64,000 bases of DNA from Tubiluchus corallicola (GCA_030141605.1 JAQGDQ010000026.1:434001-498000); one strand, 5' to 3'; positions 1 through 14,600 are shown, numbered from the stretch's first letter. A program made the numbers and translations. Notes: generated from the letters alone by a model not told the origin.

Positions 1-3000
1 GTTAACATTAGAACAGACAAAGTTACTCTAGTCACTTCAAAGACGTATTTTAAAGGTAATTTTCCCCTGCACACCTTACGTAGATGCGTTGCAGCTATCA
101 TAAATTGAATATTTATCTGTACGCAGAAATAACCGTTGTTGAAATTTTTTAAGTCAATCCAAAATTAAGACAGTAGACTTCATTATTTATTACCTAAACA
201 CAACCCCTGTAAGCACAATCGTCGTAAACAAAATTAAGTACCCTTTTACTCTTTGCCTACTGAACGTTTAAAAGTAGTTTGATACCATATGCACTTTTTA
301 ATTATCAGTAAGTTCATTACTACTGCATACACTGTGATACGAGATATTATAATAATGGATTTTAATAAGATTAATCTTAACGTAAATTGTTCTCTTTTAA
401 ATGTAATGGCATTTAAACTTCAGTCTATCTTAATTAGTGTTATGTAATATTGTTTTAATGTAATGTAATTTAATCGTAATCTTAGAGGTGCATCTTAATT
501 AAGGTAATGTAATTTGATCTTCAGGTTACAAGAGTTTTTAATAAAACTTTAATCGATTCACACATTTTTGTCATTAATTTTTGCAGTAGTGGTGAAAAAC
601 TGAAAAAGACAGCTTATTGGCTAATTATGAAATTACAAAAGCTGTACATTGTATCTAGCTGTTGTCATTATTGGTTAGAAAGACAATAATTAGCTACAGG
701 AAATTTAACAAGAAAATTGCAGTGGGACTCATTGTAACTATGTTTTGCAGTTAATTAAAATGCTAGTAATCTTTTAATGGCATTATAATCATTTAATGAT
801 CTTTAACCTTGAAAAACGTTCTACTTTTTATGTAACTACGACACTGGATAACAGTAAAGTGGCATTAAAAATGCACTAGCCAGTATTATACTACTAGTTG
901 CCGTTTGACTTCTGAAAATAATTTTAAATTTAAACATTTAATTTCCTTAATGTACCAAGAATTGTGCTTGCAGTATCTTGAACACTGTCCTTATGTAATT
1001 ATTTGTCGTTAGAGTTATTTGCGTGGCGCCAATTTTGTCGCAGTTTGCAGTGTTTTCAGTAAATATAATATGATGTATTTTGTCTAGCAATCAGTCTTTG
1101 AGCTTAATGTGCTGTACATTAGACGCTTTTACGTTTTACTGAAAGCAATTGAGCAGCAATCTGGCTCTCTATTTCTCAAATTCCCATAAATTTTACTGCC
1201 GTGTCGTCTACTAAGCTAGTAATCTCTCTTTGTTGACTATTTTTGTTTTCTAGAAAGAGAAATTTGTACCATTCTAATGGTGATTAATCAGTAAAAGGAT
1301 TTTGATGGAAAATCTGAAAGCTCACGAAAAAGTTGGTTTGGAGATGGCAACTTTACTTTTAATCTTAGTAATGCATTTTGGGAATAATACCTGCGAGGCT
1401 GGTTAACCCTTTTCACTTGACCCTGCATGACCTGCATCAATTTTGCATAGCAGCATACTAAGAATTGTTTCAGGCTGACTTACAACTGTTTCTAATGTTT
1501 TTTCCGAACAGTAGAATGTAACAATATTCGAGTACTATAATTTAAAAAGAAGGAAGAACTGGCTTGCTGTGGTTATCTAAAAGAAGGAAGAACTGACTGT
1601 TGTGTATATTTTTTCGACATGTTTATTTTTATACTAAGACACTACATAATAAATGAGATGATACTGCGATAACAGCCTACCTTTTTTATCGATATTATTA
1701 CTTAATGCAAAATATGATTGCACTTAAAAAGGTAGAGTCAGTAGCAGGCAGGTACGTAGCTTTGCAGACTTATTATAGAGACACGAGAATATCCGTAAAT
1801 TTGTTACAAAAACACATCGTCACTTTATGGACAGTGGACTACAAGAATTCATATAAACTTCTCATTATCATTGCCAAAATTTATTACCATTGTGCGTCAG
1901 ACCACTGATTAAATCAAAATGAAATAAACTCTGCCAAAGGTGACCTGTCCTACTTTTAATCTTTAGATTTTATGACAAAACTGAAAACAACAACACTATA
2001 GTTTATTAAACGTAATTACAGTTCCCTTATTTATTCTTTAATTAAGTTCATCGTGTTTACTAAAGAAAAAGCCAGAGAAGCAGGCTTCAAAAACTTACAT
2101 TCTACATTTTTAAATACTGAAATGTGATAAGCCACAGCTAATAAACCTAATAGTTACATGTGATCAACGATAAATTAATTGAAGGAAGAGGGTGCTTAAA
2201 AATTATAAGTCAACTAGTATTTAAACCCAAAACTTTGTGACATCAGTACATCAGGTTACATGCTGTCTCAATTGAGCATTCAAGTCACATGGAAGAACAG
2301 GTTTGAATTTTCATACTAGTAACACACAGTCAATCAGGGCTAGCCATTCACTGTAAGGTATGTTTCAATTGTATCCTTTAGTTAACTTACAATTAGGCTA
2401 ATTGTTTATAAGATATTATAAATCGTTTTGTTTATTAATCCTGCTTATCACAGTTAAGCATGTACTAATCTATTATTAAGGCAAGTAGTATGATTACACA
2501 AATAAGTTAACCTGTTCTGAGCAGATTTTTTTATGTAAGCTGACAGATCACGCCTTTTCTGTAACAGCTATAATGTTAATTAGTGAAAGCGCTTTAATTT
2601 GATGATGGCACAGTAGAAACGTGTATGTTTGCCAAAATGAGTTAGCCTGATATATCTGACAAAAATGTCAATTTTGTATTTCGCTTTTTTGTACAATTTG
2701 GCCCTCTGCAGGCTGTGAGCCAACATTCGGTGGCTGAGCCTACTTAATGCGGTTTGAATTTGGTTCATTAACAAGGCTTATTTTCTATGTTGGATGAGAC
2801 GTTGGATTGGCAGCGATGTTTCGGCCACCTTTTCAATGAGATAGATGCCTACTGACATTATGGCAGGTGAAACCAACCAGAACATATATGTAAACCTTGC
2901 CATCATCCATCCATTATGAAAAGCCTTAACTTTGTTTAACTTTGGTTGTTATGTACACACTGTCTTCATTTGTCTCTTCCCCTTCTGAATACAGGTAGAT

Positions 3001-3780
3001 CAATTTCTCCAAATAAAAAGATATAACACTAAAAAACCCTGATACATAAAGGACAGCTGTGATGATCAATTTTTGTCAAAGTTATAGAGGTTGTGTAAAA
3101 TGTAACTTTGCATTTACACCATTATGACTTTGTTTAACAAAACGTAATAATTCATCTGTGATTGTCAGATTTCTAATTTTCTATGGACTTTTGGGATAGT
3201 GTACTCTTTCATTTATTTTGATTGAATTAGTTTCAGTGAGTTTACCTATAACACATTGGAAATTGGAATTATTATGCCCAAGTTATAATTGTTTTAAATC
3301 AAAAGTTTCTTTTCTAAATTGTTTTGAAGGGATTAGGGTTAGTGTTTGGGGTAAGGTTAGCGTTAGGGTTAGGGAATTTAAACTGTGCGGAATATTGTAA
3401 ACTCCTTCCTATCTCTCTTGTATTTTTTGGTTTGTGTTTAGGACTATATGTGTATTATATGGGTATGTTGGTAGTAATTTCTTTTTAAAAACTACAAAAA
3501 AACTAATTTGCAATTTGGCACTTATTTAATAGTTAAGAATATACATATACAATGATAGTGATTTGTTCTGTTGCAAAGACCGAATTTTCATCATGTATTA
3601 TCATCATCCTGTAGTGCCTGTGACGCTTAAATTGATAGTAATATAATATATTAATAGTAATACTAAGCACCTTTTGGGGAAAGTGTTAAGTTTGATTCTG
3701 ATGTAACTATAAAGTTTTTCTGTCTTATATGTGTGAAAAAGTTTGTAAAGAAAAAATACGTTACATATTTCTGCTTTCAG

Positions 3781-5358
3781 ATACCAATTGTACTGAAAAA
3801 GATTCCTATACAGAATCCTGATGGTACAACTACCTTAAAGTGTGGTTTCAGAATAGGAGGCGGTATAGACCAAGATTACAAGAAAAGCCCACATGGATAT
3901 AAAGACAATGTAAGATAAAATTACAACTCTCATTTAAAACTTAGAGTCTCATTCATATCTTTTAGTAAAAAAATGAAAAATTTGAAAGTGCATTTACCAG
4001 TATTTATTATTTGTTTATGACTAGTGTTCTCTGTGATTAATGTGGCTTTCAACAGTGGCAAAATAAAACTGAAGTTTTGTGAAAGGAATTTAATTTATTT
4101 TTGAAAGACTGTTGAAGTTTACCAATAACCTAACTTAAAAGCCATTTGTAGTGACTTGCCAGGTTCATTCATTTGTGCATTAAAAAAGTTTGCTGAGCAA
4201 GATACTGCTTATGCATCAGTTGTAAATCAGTATGTTTATTTTCAGGTTGCTCTGTTTATTTTTTTTTTGCATTCCTTTTGCATCTATTCTGCGAATTGTA
4301 GTACTTTCGTTATTTTCCTCTATTGTATATTCTCATTGCCAAAAATGATTTTGTAACAAAAATCTATAGTGAATACTTTGGATATTGTTTTAGGGTGTAT
4401 ACGTGACATTTGTTCAAGAAAGCAGTCCTGCTGGAGCAGCTGGGTTACAAATTCATGATAAGATATTACAGGTGTGTGTAGTAGACAGGTTAGCATTGAG
4501 AACTGTGAGAAATTGTCAATACTGCTACCAATGTAATTCAACCAATTGTTATTTAAACTTCTTACATGTTAATCTTGTTTAGGAAGCAAAAGCAGTTACA
4601 GTTTAATAAACATTCCTGGTACTGTGTATAATGCGTACTTGAGATAATAAGAAAATATTTACTTTAAAAATTATGATTAACCGTATCATAACGCTAGCAG
4701 TAATTCTTAATCAATTTCAATTTTGAAAATGAGTTTTTTGTGTACGATTTTTAAAACAAGTAAGCATTGTTACTTCTATTTAAGCTTTTCTGAGCTCGTG
4801 CTCATGTATGAAATACTCACAGTTTCAATAAATAGTTATTACATCAGATGGTTACTGTTTTTTATATCAATTTCTATTTTGTTTCTTTTTGTGTGTGCAG
4901 CAATTCTAAAATGAGCAGCCATTGCTATTGGATAGTGATTGGTTATTACAATATATATTAATGCGATAAAAATGAGAAAATGGTATTGCATTTAAAAACA
5001 CCCTTAAAGCAGTCTTAAAGCAATTTTAAAAAATTATACAAATTATTAATGTTCAAAGACTTTCAAGCACTACCATGTTTTCTTAAAGTGTGTACCTATA
5101 AATGCAATTAAAATTGGATAGCAATCAGTTATTGCTTGGAAATTATGTAGGAAAATGCTGGGCGATACCAGATAAAATTTTCACTGCATGTGTACTTATC
5201 TCCTTGTACATCAAATTTGTTGTCAAGTTACATTTTTTATTCAGGTAAATGGTTATGATTTCACGATGGTGACTCACAAGAAAGCAGTTGAGTACATTCA
5301 AAAGTTTGACATCCTTAATATGTTAGTGACTCGACAAGGTGTACCTCCCCTCCAGTAG
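3781..5358 (+). CDS. TAX1BP3: Tax1-binding protein 3 (TIP-1) homolog, single PDZ domain; 5'-partial (last three coding exons)
   Basis: Exons 3781-3909 (IPIVLKK...GFRIGGGIDQDYKKSPHGYKDN), 4394-4471 (GVYVTFVQESSPAGAAGLQIHDKILQ) and 5245-5358 (VNGYDFTMVTHKKAVEYIQKFDILNMLVTRQGVPPLQ*). All have AG/GT boundaries and phase 0 joins. GF.IGGGIDQD and VNG.D.TMVTH are TAX1BP3 signatures. The short first coding exon was not identified and may lie upstream of the window. Confidence 0.93.
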
Positions 5359-5926
5359 TGATGTGAGTTATTGTAAGTTTCCTTCAAGTACAAAGCTTTT
5401 TGTTTGTCATAGTTGTCATGTGTTCTTATTTGTAACAGTATTTATTTTATTGTATGGCCTGAGAAACTTAATGTGACAGAAAAACATTTTGACTTTGATG
5501 TACTTGGTCAAATATAACATATCAGCAATATTCAGCCTATTTTCTGCCCTCCCTGGTAAAATATAGCACTAATATAGGCTATACAATATTGCATATATTG
5601 TAGCATTGCTATCACACTATCAGTATTGAATGATATTATGCTTCCGATAAGAATTTAGTTTCTTGTATGTTGTTACAATCACTCATTTTGTGTAAAAATC
5701 ATTTTAAGCATATTTCTTAAAAAGAAATATAGCTCAAGCATTGTTGTATGTCAGGAATATCACAATTCTACTAGCTCAAGATTAGCAGTTTGTATTACTA
5801 GTTTGAAAGAGATAATTTCTGATCAGAAGCAATGGTTAAATTACACCAAATTGATAATCAGGTACTAATTATTGACAGTTGCCTCTAAGCAGCTGTATTC
5901 CACAGCTTTATTGGCACAAGTACACA

Positions 5927-6198
5927 CAGGGTCGGATTAAGGTGTGTTGGTGCCCTAAGCACACCCAGCACCTGAGGCACCAGCTCTCTCTCTTTTGCCC
6001 CATGACACCGCATGTACACTTCACAGCTCAAAACATACGTGTTATGGGATACAAATTGTGCGACATTATTATATAAAACAAAATCCTCATGGTCTTTAAC
6101 ATACTTTATTTAAATGGTGCCTGTTTCCAATTTATTATTTTTGCCAGCTTGGTGTCCTAAGAACTTGCTTATTCTGCTTAGGCATTAATCCGACCACA
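5927..6198. mobile_element. hAT-like MITE in the probable TAX1BP3 3' UTR
   Basis: Left end CAGGGTCGGATTAA (5927) and right end TTAATCCGACCACA (6185-6198) form an inverted repeat. TGGTG(C/T)CCTAAG motifs occur near both ends. No clear TSD. Confidence 0.6.
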
Positions 6199-7277
6199 AC
6201 AATTTAACTGTTAACAGCAACATGTGGGTTATTAGTAGTTAGTAATTTAGAGCACAAAATTGAGGATTATCTACTTGATAAAACACTTTTTTAAAAAATA
6301 TTAATTTATTGTTGTTTGTTAATTGAAACTTTTTCTTAGAGAAAAAATTTGCTTTTTATTTTTTTTGTCTGTAATTTTACACAAGATTGAGAGTGAAAAT
6401 TAAACTTATTTTATTTTATTTTATGCCTCTTAGTGAATGTTAAGCTGCAGACTATCGCTAAACAGCTATTTGACTGATATTCGAGAATAATTAATACTTT
6501 TAGCAAAGAGAAGCTTATTTTGAGAAACTTTTGTAAGATGTCTTTTAATATTTTTTGACATTGACGTACCATTCTTTCTAGATATATTTACTATATAAAC
6601 ATTATTGAATTTAATGGGCTTATTTTTTCATGGGTTTTAAATAATCAGTTTGTTAAATAAATGCACATAATAGGTTACACAATAATTAGCTACTTCTTAA
6701 ATTATTTGTTACATTCTTGATAGTTACTGTTTTAGCCAGCTTAATAAGTTGAAGGTATTCATTCATACACTAATACTTTCTCTTGTTTATATTAGCAAAC
6801 TACCACTATTATAGGCTCCTTGAAAGTAGTCTTAGTGAATGAGCATTTATTACCAATACTAGTTTTAAATGATCGTATTACTTTCTGCATGTGTTCTTAA
6901 CGTATCTTTTTTAAACTGTGATCTCTTTCAAGAAAAAACAATTTTTATTAGCTTTTATGAATATATTGTTTGTAATCATCAGTTCCAAAAAATTCAGCTT
7001 AAGTCTTAGCACATTTTTGCCCCATTCCGAAGTTATGAATTTGCTATATAAATTACACCAGTGTTTTTGCATTGTTAATTTTACTAAAACACCTATCAAA
7101 TGTTCCATAATGTAAGGCTGTGATTATTGTTTTTGTTAGTTTCTTATTTCTTAATAATGCAGCATGTAAAGTTCATACAGGTGGCTGTTTTTATATTAAA
7201 CGTATTATTCAGCAATGCATAGTACTAAAGTATTATACTCATTTTTCAAAAAAAGTGGTGCATGAAAATGTTTTAGC

Positions 7278-7347
7278 AGGGCCCCCCTCAAGCTTTGGGG
7301 ACCCTAAGCTGCAGCCTGTACTAGCTTATAGGATAATCAAGCCATGC
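7278..7347. mobile_element. Short end fragment of a related hAT-like MITE
   Basis: GC-rich island GGGCCCCCC...GGGGACCCTAAGC...AGCTTATAGGATAATCAAGCCATG in very AT-rich DNA; it resembles the right end of the 5927-6198 element. Confidence 0.35.
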
Positions 7348-7742
7348 TTATATTAAATCATTAAATACAACGTAATATAATTAAAATTTAAATTAAACAT
7401 TGGGCTGTGTTTGTTAAATCAGAATTTAAATGTTCGTATTTAAGTGTTCTAAAGATTATAATTATTTTGTATTTATTACCAGTTTACTAATTACAATAGG
7501 TGTAATACGAGTAATTGGAACAAAAAATATATATAAACAAACAAACTGTGTCAAGCACATGCAACCAACTGTGTAAGCTGTGCAGATTTTTAAACATATT
7601 AACAAATGTTTTATAATTGTTATTTATTAATGAGTATTTTATGTTGCCCTGCATGTTTATTGTTTTTACTCTTAAACAATTCCATAAACATATCATTGGC
7701 AGTATGTTGTCGATGTAAGTTGTAATCTTGCACTGTTGTTCT

Positions 7743-7748
7743 AATAAA
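7743..7748 (+). terminator. Candidate distal poly(A) signal of TAX1BP3
   Basis: AATAAA near the end of a T-rich tract, just before the strand skew switches to A-rich at about 7850. Other AATAAA copies exist upstream (e.g. 6656). Confidence 0.3.
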
Positions 7749-7949
7749 TGTAACAGTATATCATTTATTGTATTTCCTCAATATATAATTGTATCCCTTG
7801 TATAAAAGTATAATTTTCTCTGTTTATTTAAACTGAGTCTGAGCTTAAAACAATATCACGAAACATCAAAGCATAAATTATCATGTTAAACAGAAATTGC
7901 ACAATTTTCATATAATCAGTTACTTCAAAAAATAAACCTTAGAAATGAG

Positions 7950-7955
7950 TTTATT
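7950..7955 (-). terminator. Candidate distal poly(A) signal of the GLIS gene
   Basis: TTTATT on + (AATAAA on -) at the left edge of the roughly 3.7 kb tract that is A-rich on + (U-rich on the GLIS sense strand) and runs up to the GLIS stop codon. Confidence 0.3.
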
Positions 7956-10900
7956 GTTCAACACAATATAAAATATTGGATAATCTCAAACTTTGGCTGA
8001 GCTTGTAAGTGATCTGCTATTGAAATCTGCGATAATAAATTATATGATACGTGACATACAAGGTCATGCACATTTCATCAGCTTTTATTGTCATTAAAAT
8101 CCTTAATAGAAAACAAAATTTGCTCGAGATTCTTCATTACAAAAAAGTTCCTACAAATATCATCAATGATAATAACAAGCAGTAACAAATTTAAATTTAG
8201 CATACTTAAAAGCTCATCAGTACTGCACGACAATAATTTCAGGCAAAAAAGAACAAGTTCAACAATGGTTTAATTCCAAATATTTTAAGAAGTGAATTTT
8301 CAGCTTTCCAGAAGTTATGCACAAATTAGTACAAAGAATGCTTCCAACAAAACATTTTAAAATAAGTGCAGACCGAAGGAAAAGAATTGCGATATGCAAT
8401 GTCATTTTAGTCTTTACAAAAAAATACACAGTGTAGCAGCAGAGCAATAGAAAGTTAAAAGCCATACAAGGTTTCTTAAAAAATCCTTGTGACTAAATTA
8501 AAAATATTAATTTTAAAATAAAATAATCAAGAACTTCACATCCATCATCAGCAACTGTTTAAAGTTTTTCCACGAAAGTGGTGTATACCACTGCTATCAA
8601 AATCTCGCTTTAAAAACACCAACATGTTTTCTTTTTCAAAACTTATAAAAACTATTATGGAGCAATGCATGTAAAGAATTTGTCAATCATTAAATATTAT
8701 TGCTTATATAAAAAATAAACTATGGTTTCTTGTTTGCAAGTTTACCAACAATCATCTTCCAAAGTAAAAAACTGGCACTGGACAGTCCAGTATATAGCAT
8801 ATGAAGAATTCATCACTGAGAAACTTAAACTAGGAGAAGCTATATGCATGGCCTGTAGTAGCCCTTTACATAATATATATTTTTTTCACATAGACAAGCA
8901 AGCACAAGATTGCACTTTGCTTCCATCAATTCAATTAGAAACCCCAAGCCAAATCCTGGACCAGGAAAAACTGATACTGAAGTAAAGTGAGTTAAACAAG
9001 TGCATATTGCATGTGTTCCAAAACAAGTTTACAAAGTAACTTACTAACCTGCACAATATCTTTAACATTTGAAACATCCATAACATCCATAATGAAACAT
9101 TAAAAATAATGCATATGAAACATTGTGTAAACAATCGAACAATTATGCATCAATTAAAAAGGCAATCAAGATAATAATTTTTAACAGCCATAATAATTAT
9201 GTACTGGTTCAAAATATTATAAATGAACATTAAAGATCAAGTCTCTAGCTATGCTTTTTTGGCAATTAACAGTGCCAGTGTCTCAAAGACAACATATTAG
9301 TAATGAGCATAACAAGTGCATACAAAAATAATACTGTTACAAAAAGCAAGGTCCCAATCTATATCACAAAACTTGCACTCAAATACAAAGAATTCTAACA
9401 TAGAAATAATAATAACAATGTTAATGAGCTTAAGAGCTGTCATTTTCGTTCTGATTGCGAAACCAGGCCCTTGCACAAGAAAAATCCTAGCAATCAGAGC
9501 AAAATTGTCATACTAAATAAAAATTGGCTATTTATTCCAAGTAGACAAATATTAAAAAGAATGAGTACCATTACTGTTAAACTGTTGTAATTTTTCTTAG
9601 GTTATTTCTTGCATTAAATAATTTCCTTACCTTAGACCTTAGTCCTTCCTGTGCATTGATGCACATTGGGCAGGCATTAAATAATACAGGGAAATATAAA
9701 ATACATCTTGCTAATTACCTTTCAAATCATGAACTAGTGAGAATTACAAGTAAATCAAATTAGAACATTTACATATTAGGTACTATAATTATGTTCTTTC
9801 GAGTTTTCGAAAATTTAAATTTAATTTTTAAGTAAGAATGGTGGCAGCAGATTTGTGTTATTTTTGCTAAGATTTTTGGTACTGCATAAAGGCTTTACAA
9901 AAAATGCTAATGTTGGCAAACTAATGAAATTTAAAATTCACACTTCATGTAATGACATGTTTTACTGAAAGCTAATAAATATATACAACAGTTATAGTAA
10001 AGCATATCCATTGCACCGGGATTATTGGAATTGCTCCGATGCTGGCTTATCACTACAACACACTGTACTTTAAACAGAGATACAATAATTTAAAACAAAT
10101 CTGGCGAATTATGCATTTTAAAACAAACGTTTCAAAACATGAGTTCATAGATGTAATACACATGTGCACAGTAACTGACTGTGGATTAATTTTGACTTTA
10201 TGTCACAGGTACATTTTAAAGTTACACTTAAAAAAGTTCACAATCCCTACACTTCTGTATAGTTTGTAATAGCCTGCAGTAAACAAATGCTTTAAACATT
10301 CACCATGCTACCTTCTTTCAGTCTCTAAAAACCAACACCATTATACAATTAAAGTACATGTACCATCATATCAATTACTTGAAATTATAATAAAAGAATT
10401 ATAAAGGTAGTTTTAACAAAACAGTTACATAAAGTTGAAGATCAGTGCTTACATAAAATTCATATAGCACATTGTCATTAATCTATTCTCTGTACATAAT
10501 ACTATCTATAATTAATATTCATTGGAATTATAAAACATTTTGAATTTTGCTGCCAAAGAATAGCTTATTAAAAATCTACTTCTGTTGCTGCCAGTAAAAT
10601 AGCTACTTACAAATTAAAGCAGTTAATAAATTAAGAAAGAAAAACGATTGATATTTGCTACGTGGTTATTTACTTCATCATTTTGGAAAAAAGTCTTGGA
10701 AATAAAATTTATTGATTTTCATTTCGAAAAGTTTGCAGTTGTTAGATTTTTACACTGAAACAGGACTGAAATTTGACACTTGCAAATGCTGAAGCCACAC
10801 GTGAATGCTCTCTTTTTGCTGCCTGTTGGGAAGGACATTATACATATTATCGTAATTGCTGCCTTAATTTACAAAAATGCTGCCCTAACATTCTTCAATG

Positions 10901-11645
10901 TGGTGTGAATCTAAGCTGTTCTGTAAAATGCTGGTATACCAGTTTGCTGTAAATAGGCCTAAACTCACAGAAAAACTGTTGTACACAAACACGGGTTTCT
11001 CTATAGATATGTGTTGAAAAAATACGAATACACTAAATTATACAAAAATGCTTGAAATTATAACATAATTTGCAAAAAACACACCAACTGTACACCTCAT
11101 ACATTTTGGAATACCTAAAATTAGCAACTAGCAATATACAACTTATCTACATGTATTCAAAAAATAATACTTAAACTAAAGATGAAGTGTAAGTTGTGTA
11201 ACCACACTATAAAAAAGCTCATTAGAGCATACATGAAATGTGACTAGTCAGTCACAGCCTTTCGTGTAACAAAATTAATCGTGTCTTAAGCTTTTAAGCG
11301 TTTACTTTAGTCCTGTTCTACAAATGAAAAAATAATTTCAAAAAAGTCCAAGAAAAGGCACATACATCTGGCACACGTGGTGTTATAATTACATCTTTTA
11401 ACAATATGGATCACACAAAAATATTAATTTTAATAACAATACAAAAATTCGTTAGAACCAACTTAGCTAGGTATCCTATTCTTTATCAAATAATGAGTAA
11501 ATTCTACATTGTAGCTATTGAATAACCTGTCTTTGGTATACTTTTGGCAGATGCAATGACAAAGTTCCAAGCAGCGTGACGTATTCATCCATTTACATGT
11601 ATTATGAATTGCTATAACTAGCATACAACTTGTTATTAATAGATT

Positions 11646-14600
11646 TTACTCCATGGTGTAAGATCCTATGTCAACAGCATGTCGTAAACTGTATACATCC
11701 AGATCGAAATTGTTGCTGTTATTGTTTTTGTTATAACCTGAAAGGACATTAAACAAGGTGTCAGCTAATAAGAAGATGGCGCTAGCTTGTTACACGAAGT
11801 TAAACCCTAACATTAGTGTTTAACTCCGAGTATTAAATGAGCGTTTTAGGTTAAAAGGTGGCCATTTACGGTAAAAAACTGATGGAAAATTGTGTGGATA
11901 ATTGATTTCAATAATATAGAATCTGGGGTATTAATTTGCAGTATAGCAGAATAATAGAATTAGGAATAATTTAATGTTCATTTCCACTTTTAATACTAGT
12001 AGGGCATGAAATTTAATAGTGGTCAGTATTCCATTAAATTTTCATAATTTTTACATCCTTGCAGCTAACCTTGCATATTATGTCTTTTCAACTTTTTTGC
12101 CTAAAGATGATCATACCATCAAAATGACATCATTATCATACCATCAGAAGACCTACCTCTTCTAAGGTTATCTACCACTTGTTTTGTACAATTAAAAGTT
12201 CTACCAATAGATTGACACTATTTGCACATCACTCACCAAAACCTAAACTGCTGTCATATGATATAGTATGACTTAGTGTTTCTTGCAGTGGTGGCAGAGT
12301 ATTTGGCTGTATTCCTTGTGTTATTGTAGTAGTGATTTCTGTTGAATTTGATGAATCTACTGTTGAAAAACTTTCTGGTAGTGATGATGCCCTTCCATAT
12401 TTTCGAAAAATGCTGGCTCTGCTTCCTAAGTGAAAAAAATGTTAAATTTTATCAGAAAATCAGGGATCAGTAACACTGTTACAGTCAGAACAATACAATA
12501 ATGTTTCATAGTTTAAACTAGGACTTCATATTTATCAAAAATTGAAGTATTATTATCCTTCTATAGTGATTGTAAAAAAATCTCAATGTTATACCTTGTA
12601 AACTCGGCAGGCTGCAAGCTCCTGGTGAAGATGTAGATGGATAGCCAACTTGCCATCTCTGTGACATTCTTCTAAACATCTGATGTGGAGATCCATATCT
12701 GTCACAGTCAACAGGGGGACTACCTTGCATGCTTACAGGGGATGGGATAGCCGATGTATTGTGACTAGAATGTGTGCTAGAATACTGACCTGTAATAATA
12801 AATGCATATACATTATTACAAATCTATTTACAACAGGGGAGTTCAATACCAAAAAAGGAAGCCCCATTTTTCGGTTTTGAATAAGAATTGATAAATGTCA
12901 CTGTTGCCACTGTTCAATTTGAATACTAACCTAGGTGTTATTCTTAAGTCTAACAAACAATAAGATATTTCTAGCTAAAGGTTGTCAGACTGGGCAACAG
13001 ATGACATCATCTATAGACAAATAATAACAAAAAACGCAATGAAAGAATGAATTAGTTAACGGAATACATGTTACTGAAGAATAGCCTACACTGACAAAAC
13101 ATCCACGTAATATGATTACCTACCTAACAGATCTACTAGTTATTCGAATGCAATTCAAATAAATTATGGTATTTGCCCTAAGCAAAGGTAATGGCAATAG
13201 AAGCAATAGTGCCTGCATCTGCATAACCACAGAGAAATTCCAAGAAAGGCGTAGACACTCTTCACACCATTATGATATGAGTGCACATATCCCAGAGAAT
13301 ATGCAAAAAGCAGTTTGTTAATATTTAATATTTTTAGGCCCTGTAATAATAATATTGTGTAGCTCAGTATACCGGGAAATATATCTGGTCCAATTCCACT
13401 GTCACTCTGTGGAGGTGAACTTTCAGTTGAGTTGTTCTGTGATGATTGCAAATGTTGAATCGAAAGACACTCATTCAACAAATTTAAATCCAGTGGATCC
13501 ATTTCTCCTTTCAACTGTAATGCACAGAAACGCATCAATGTCAATGTATACTGAAATGTAACACACGAAAATAGACGTCATAACTAGGATGACTATACAC
13601 TTTTCCACAGCAGAATTTTAAAAACACAGTAAATGCTATATGAAACCCTGCTGATGACAACCAGCTGAGAACACATTGATGTTTACTACCAGCACATGGA
13701 AACTTACCCGTTTTCTGGCTTGCTGCTCTTTTGCTGTGTGATTTTTTACATGTTTGCGAAGAGAGCTCGGATCTGTATAGCGCTTTGTACAGCCTGGTAC
13801 TTGACAAGCATACGGTTTCTGAAAATTCAATTACCAACTTAAAAAAGTAAAATGACTTCATTTTCCTGCAACAGTTAAGTGTATAAAATTAAAAGTGTGG
13901 CTGGTGACAGGGACCTCTTGATTAACAGTATGTTCTTGATCTTTGTCATCGATTTCAGTTTTTTGTTTGTTTGTTTGTTTGTTTGTTTAATGCCGTTGGC
14001 TTTGAAATGCCATTCTCAAAGTTTTGATTTCTTTAACTGCCTAAATCATGTTGGCTGAAAATCTCGACTACTATGTTTTATGCAAATGCTGACTTCTAGA
14101 AATTGACAACATACATACAATTAAGACTAACACAAGTACAAGTGCAGATAATACATAAAAGCATACGCTTGTAAAAGTTTAAAGGGGTACTAAATTTTAT
14201 GCACTAAATATGCACTTTTTTATAATAAAATTTGCGCATATTAATAGGAATACTTTAAACGTTAATGAATACTTTTATGAATTAACTTGTCTCAGTACTT
14301 ACTGTGTCCAAGTGAGTGCGTTGGTGTTTCGCTCTGTCAGAGGAATTGCTAAAAGCTTTTGGGCAACCGGAATGAGTACAGGCGTAGGGTTTCTCCCCTG
14401 TGTGAGATCGTAAATGTATCTTCAGATTTTCCAATCTTGAGAATGCTTTGGAGCAGCCGTCAAACTAAATACAAAAAAATAACTGTCAATTCGCTCATAT
14501 TTATAGACAGTCAACAAACTATAATATTAAATCATTTGACCAGAATAAAGCTTGAAGTAGACAACATGACAGTCACAATTAATGTCCAATCAGCAGATGA

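Noticed and set aside
2300-2363. Candidate TAX1BP3 upstream exon ending HSQSGLAIHCK|GTATGT
   Set aside because: It has a good donor and phase 0, but there is no in-frame ATG after the upstream TGA and no convincing similarity to known N-termini.
13164-13372. Hydrophobic/Cys-rich continuation of the GLIS exon 5 ORF
   Set aside because: Read-through into the intron; the phase-1 donor at 13372 joins cleanly to the next exon.
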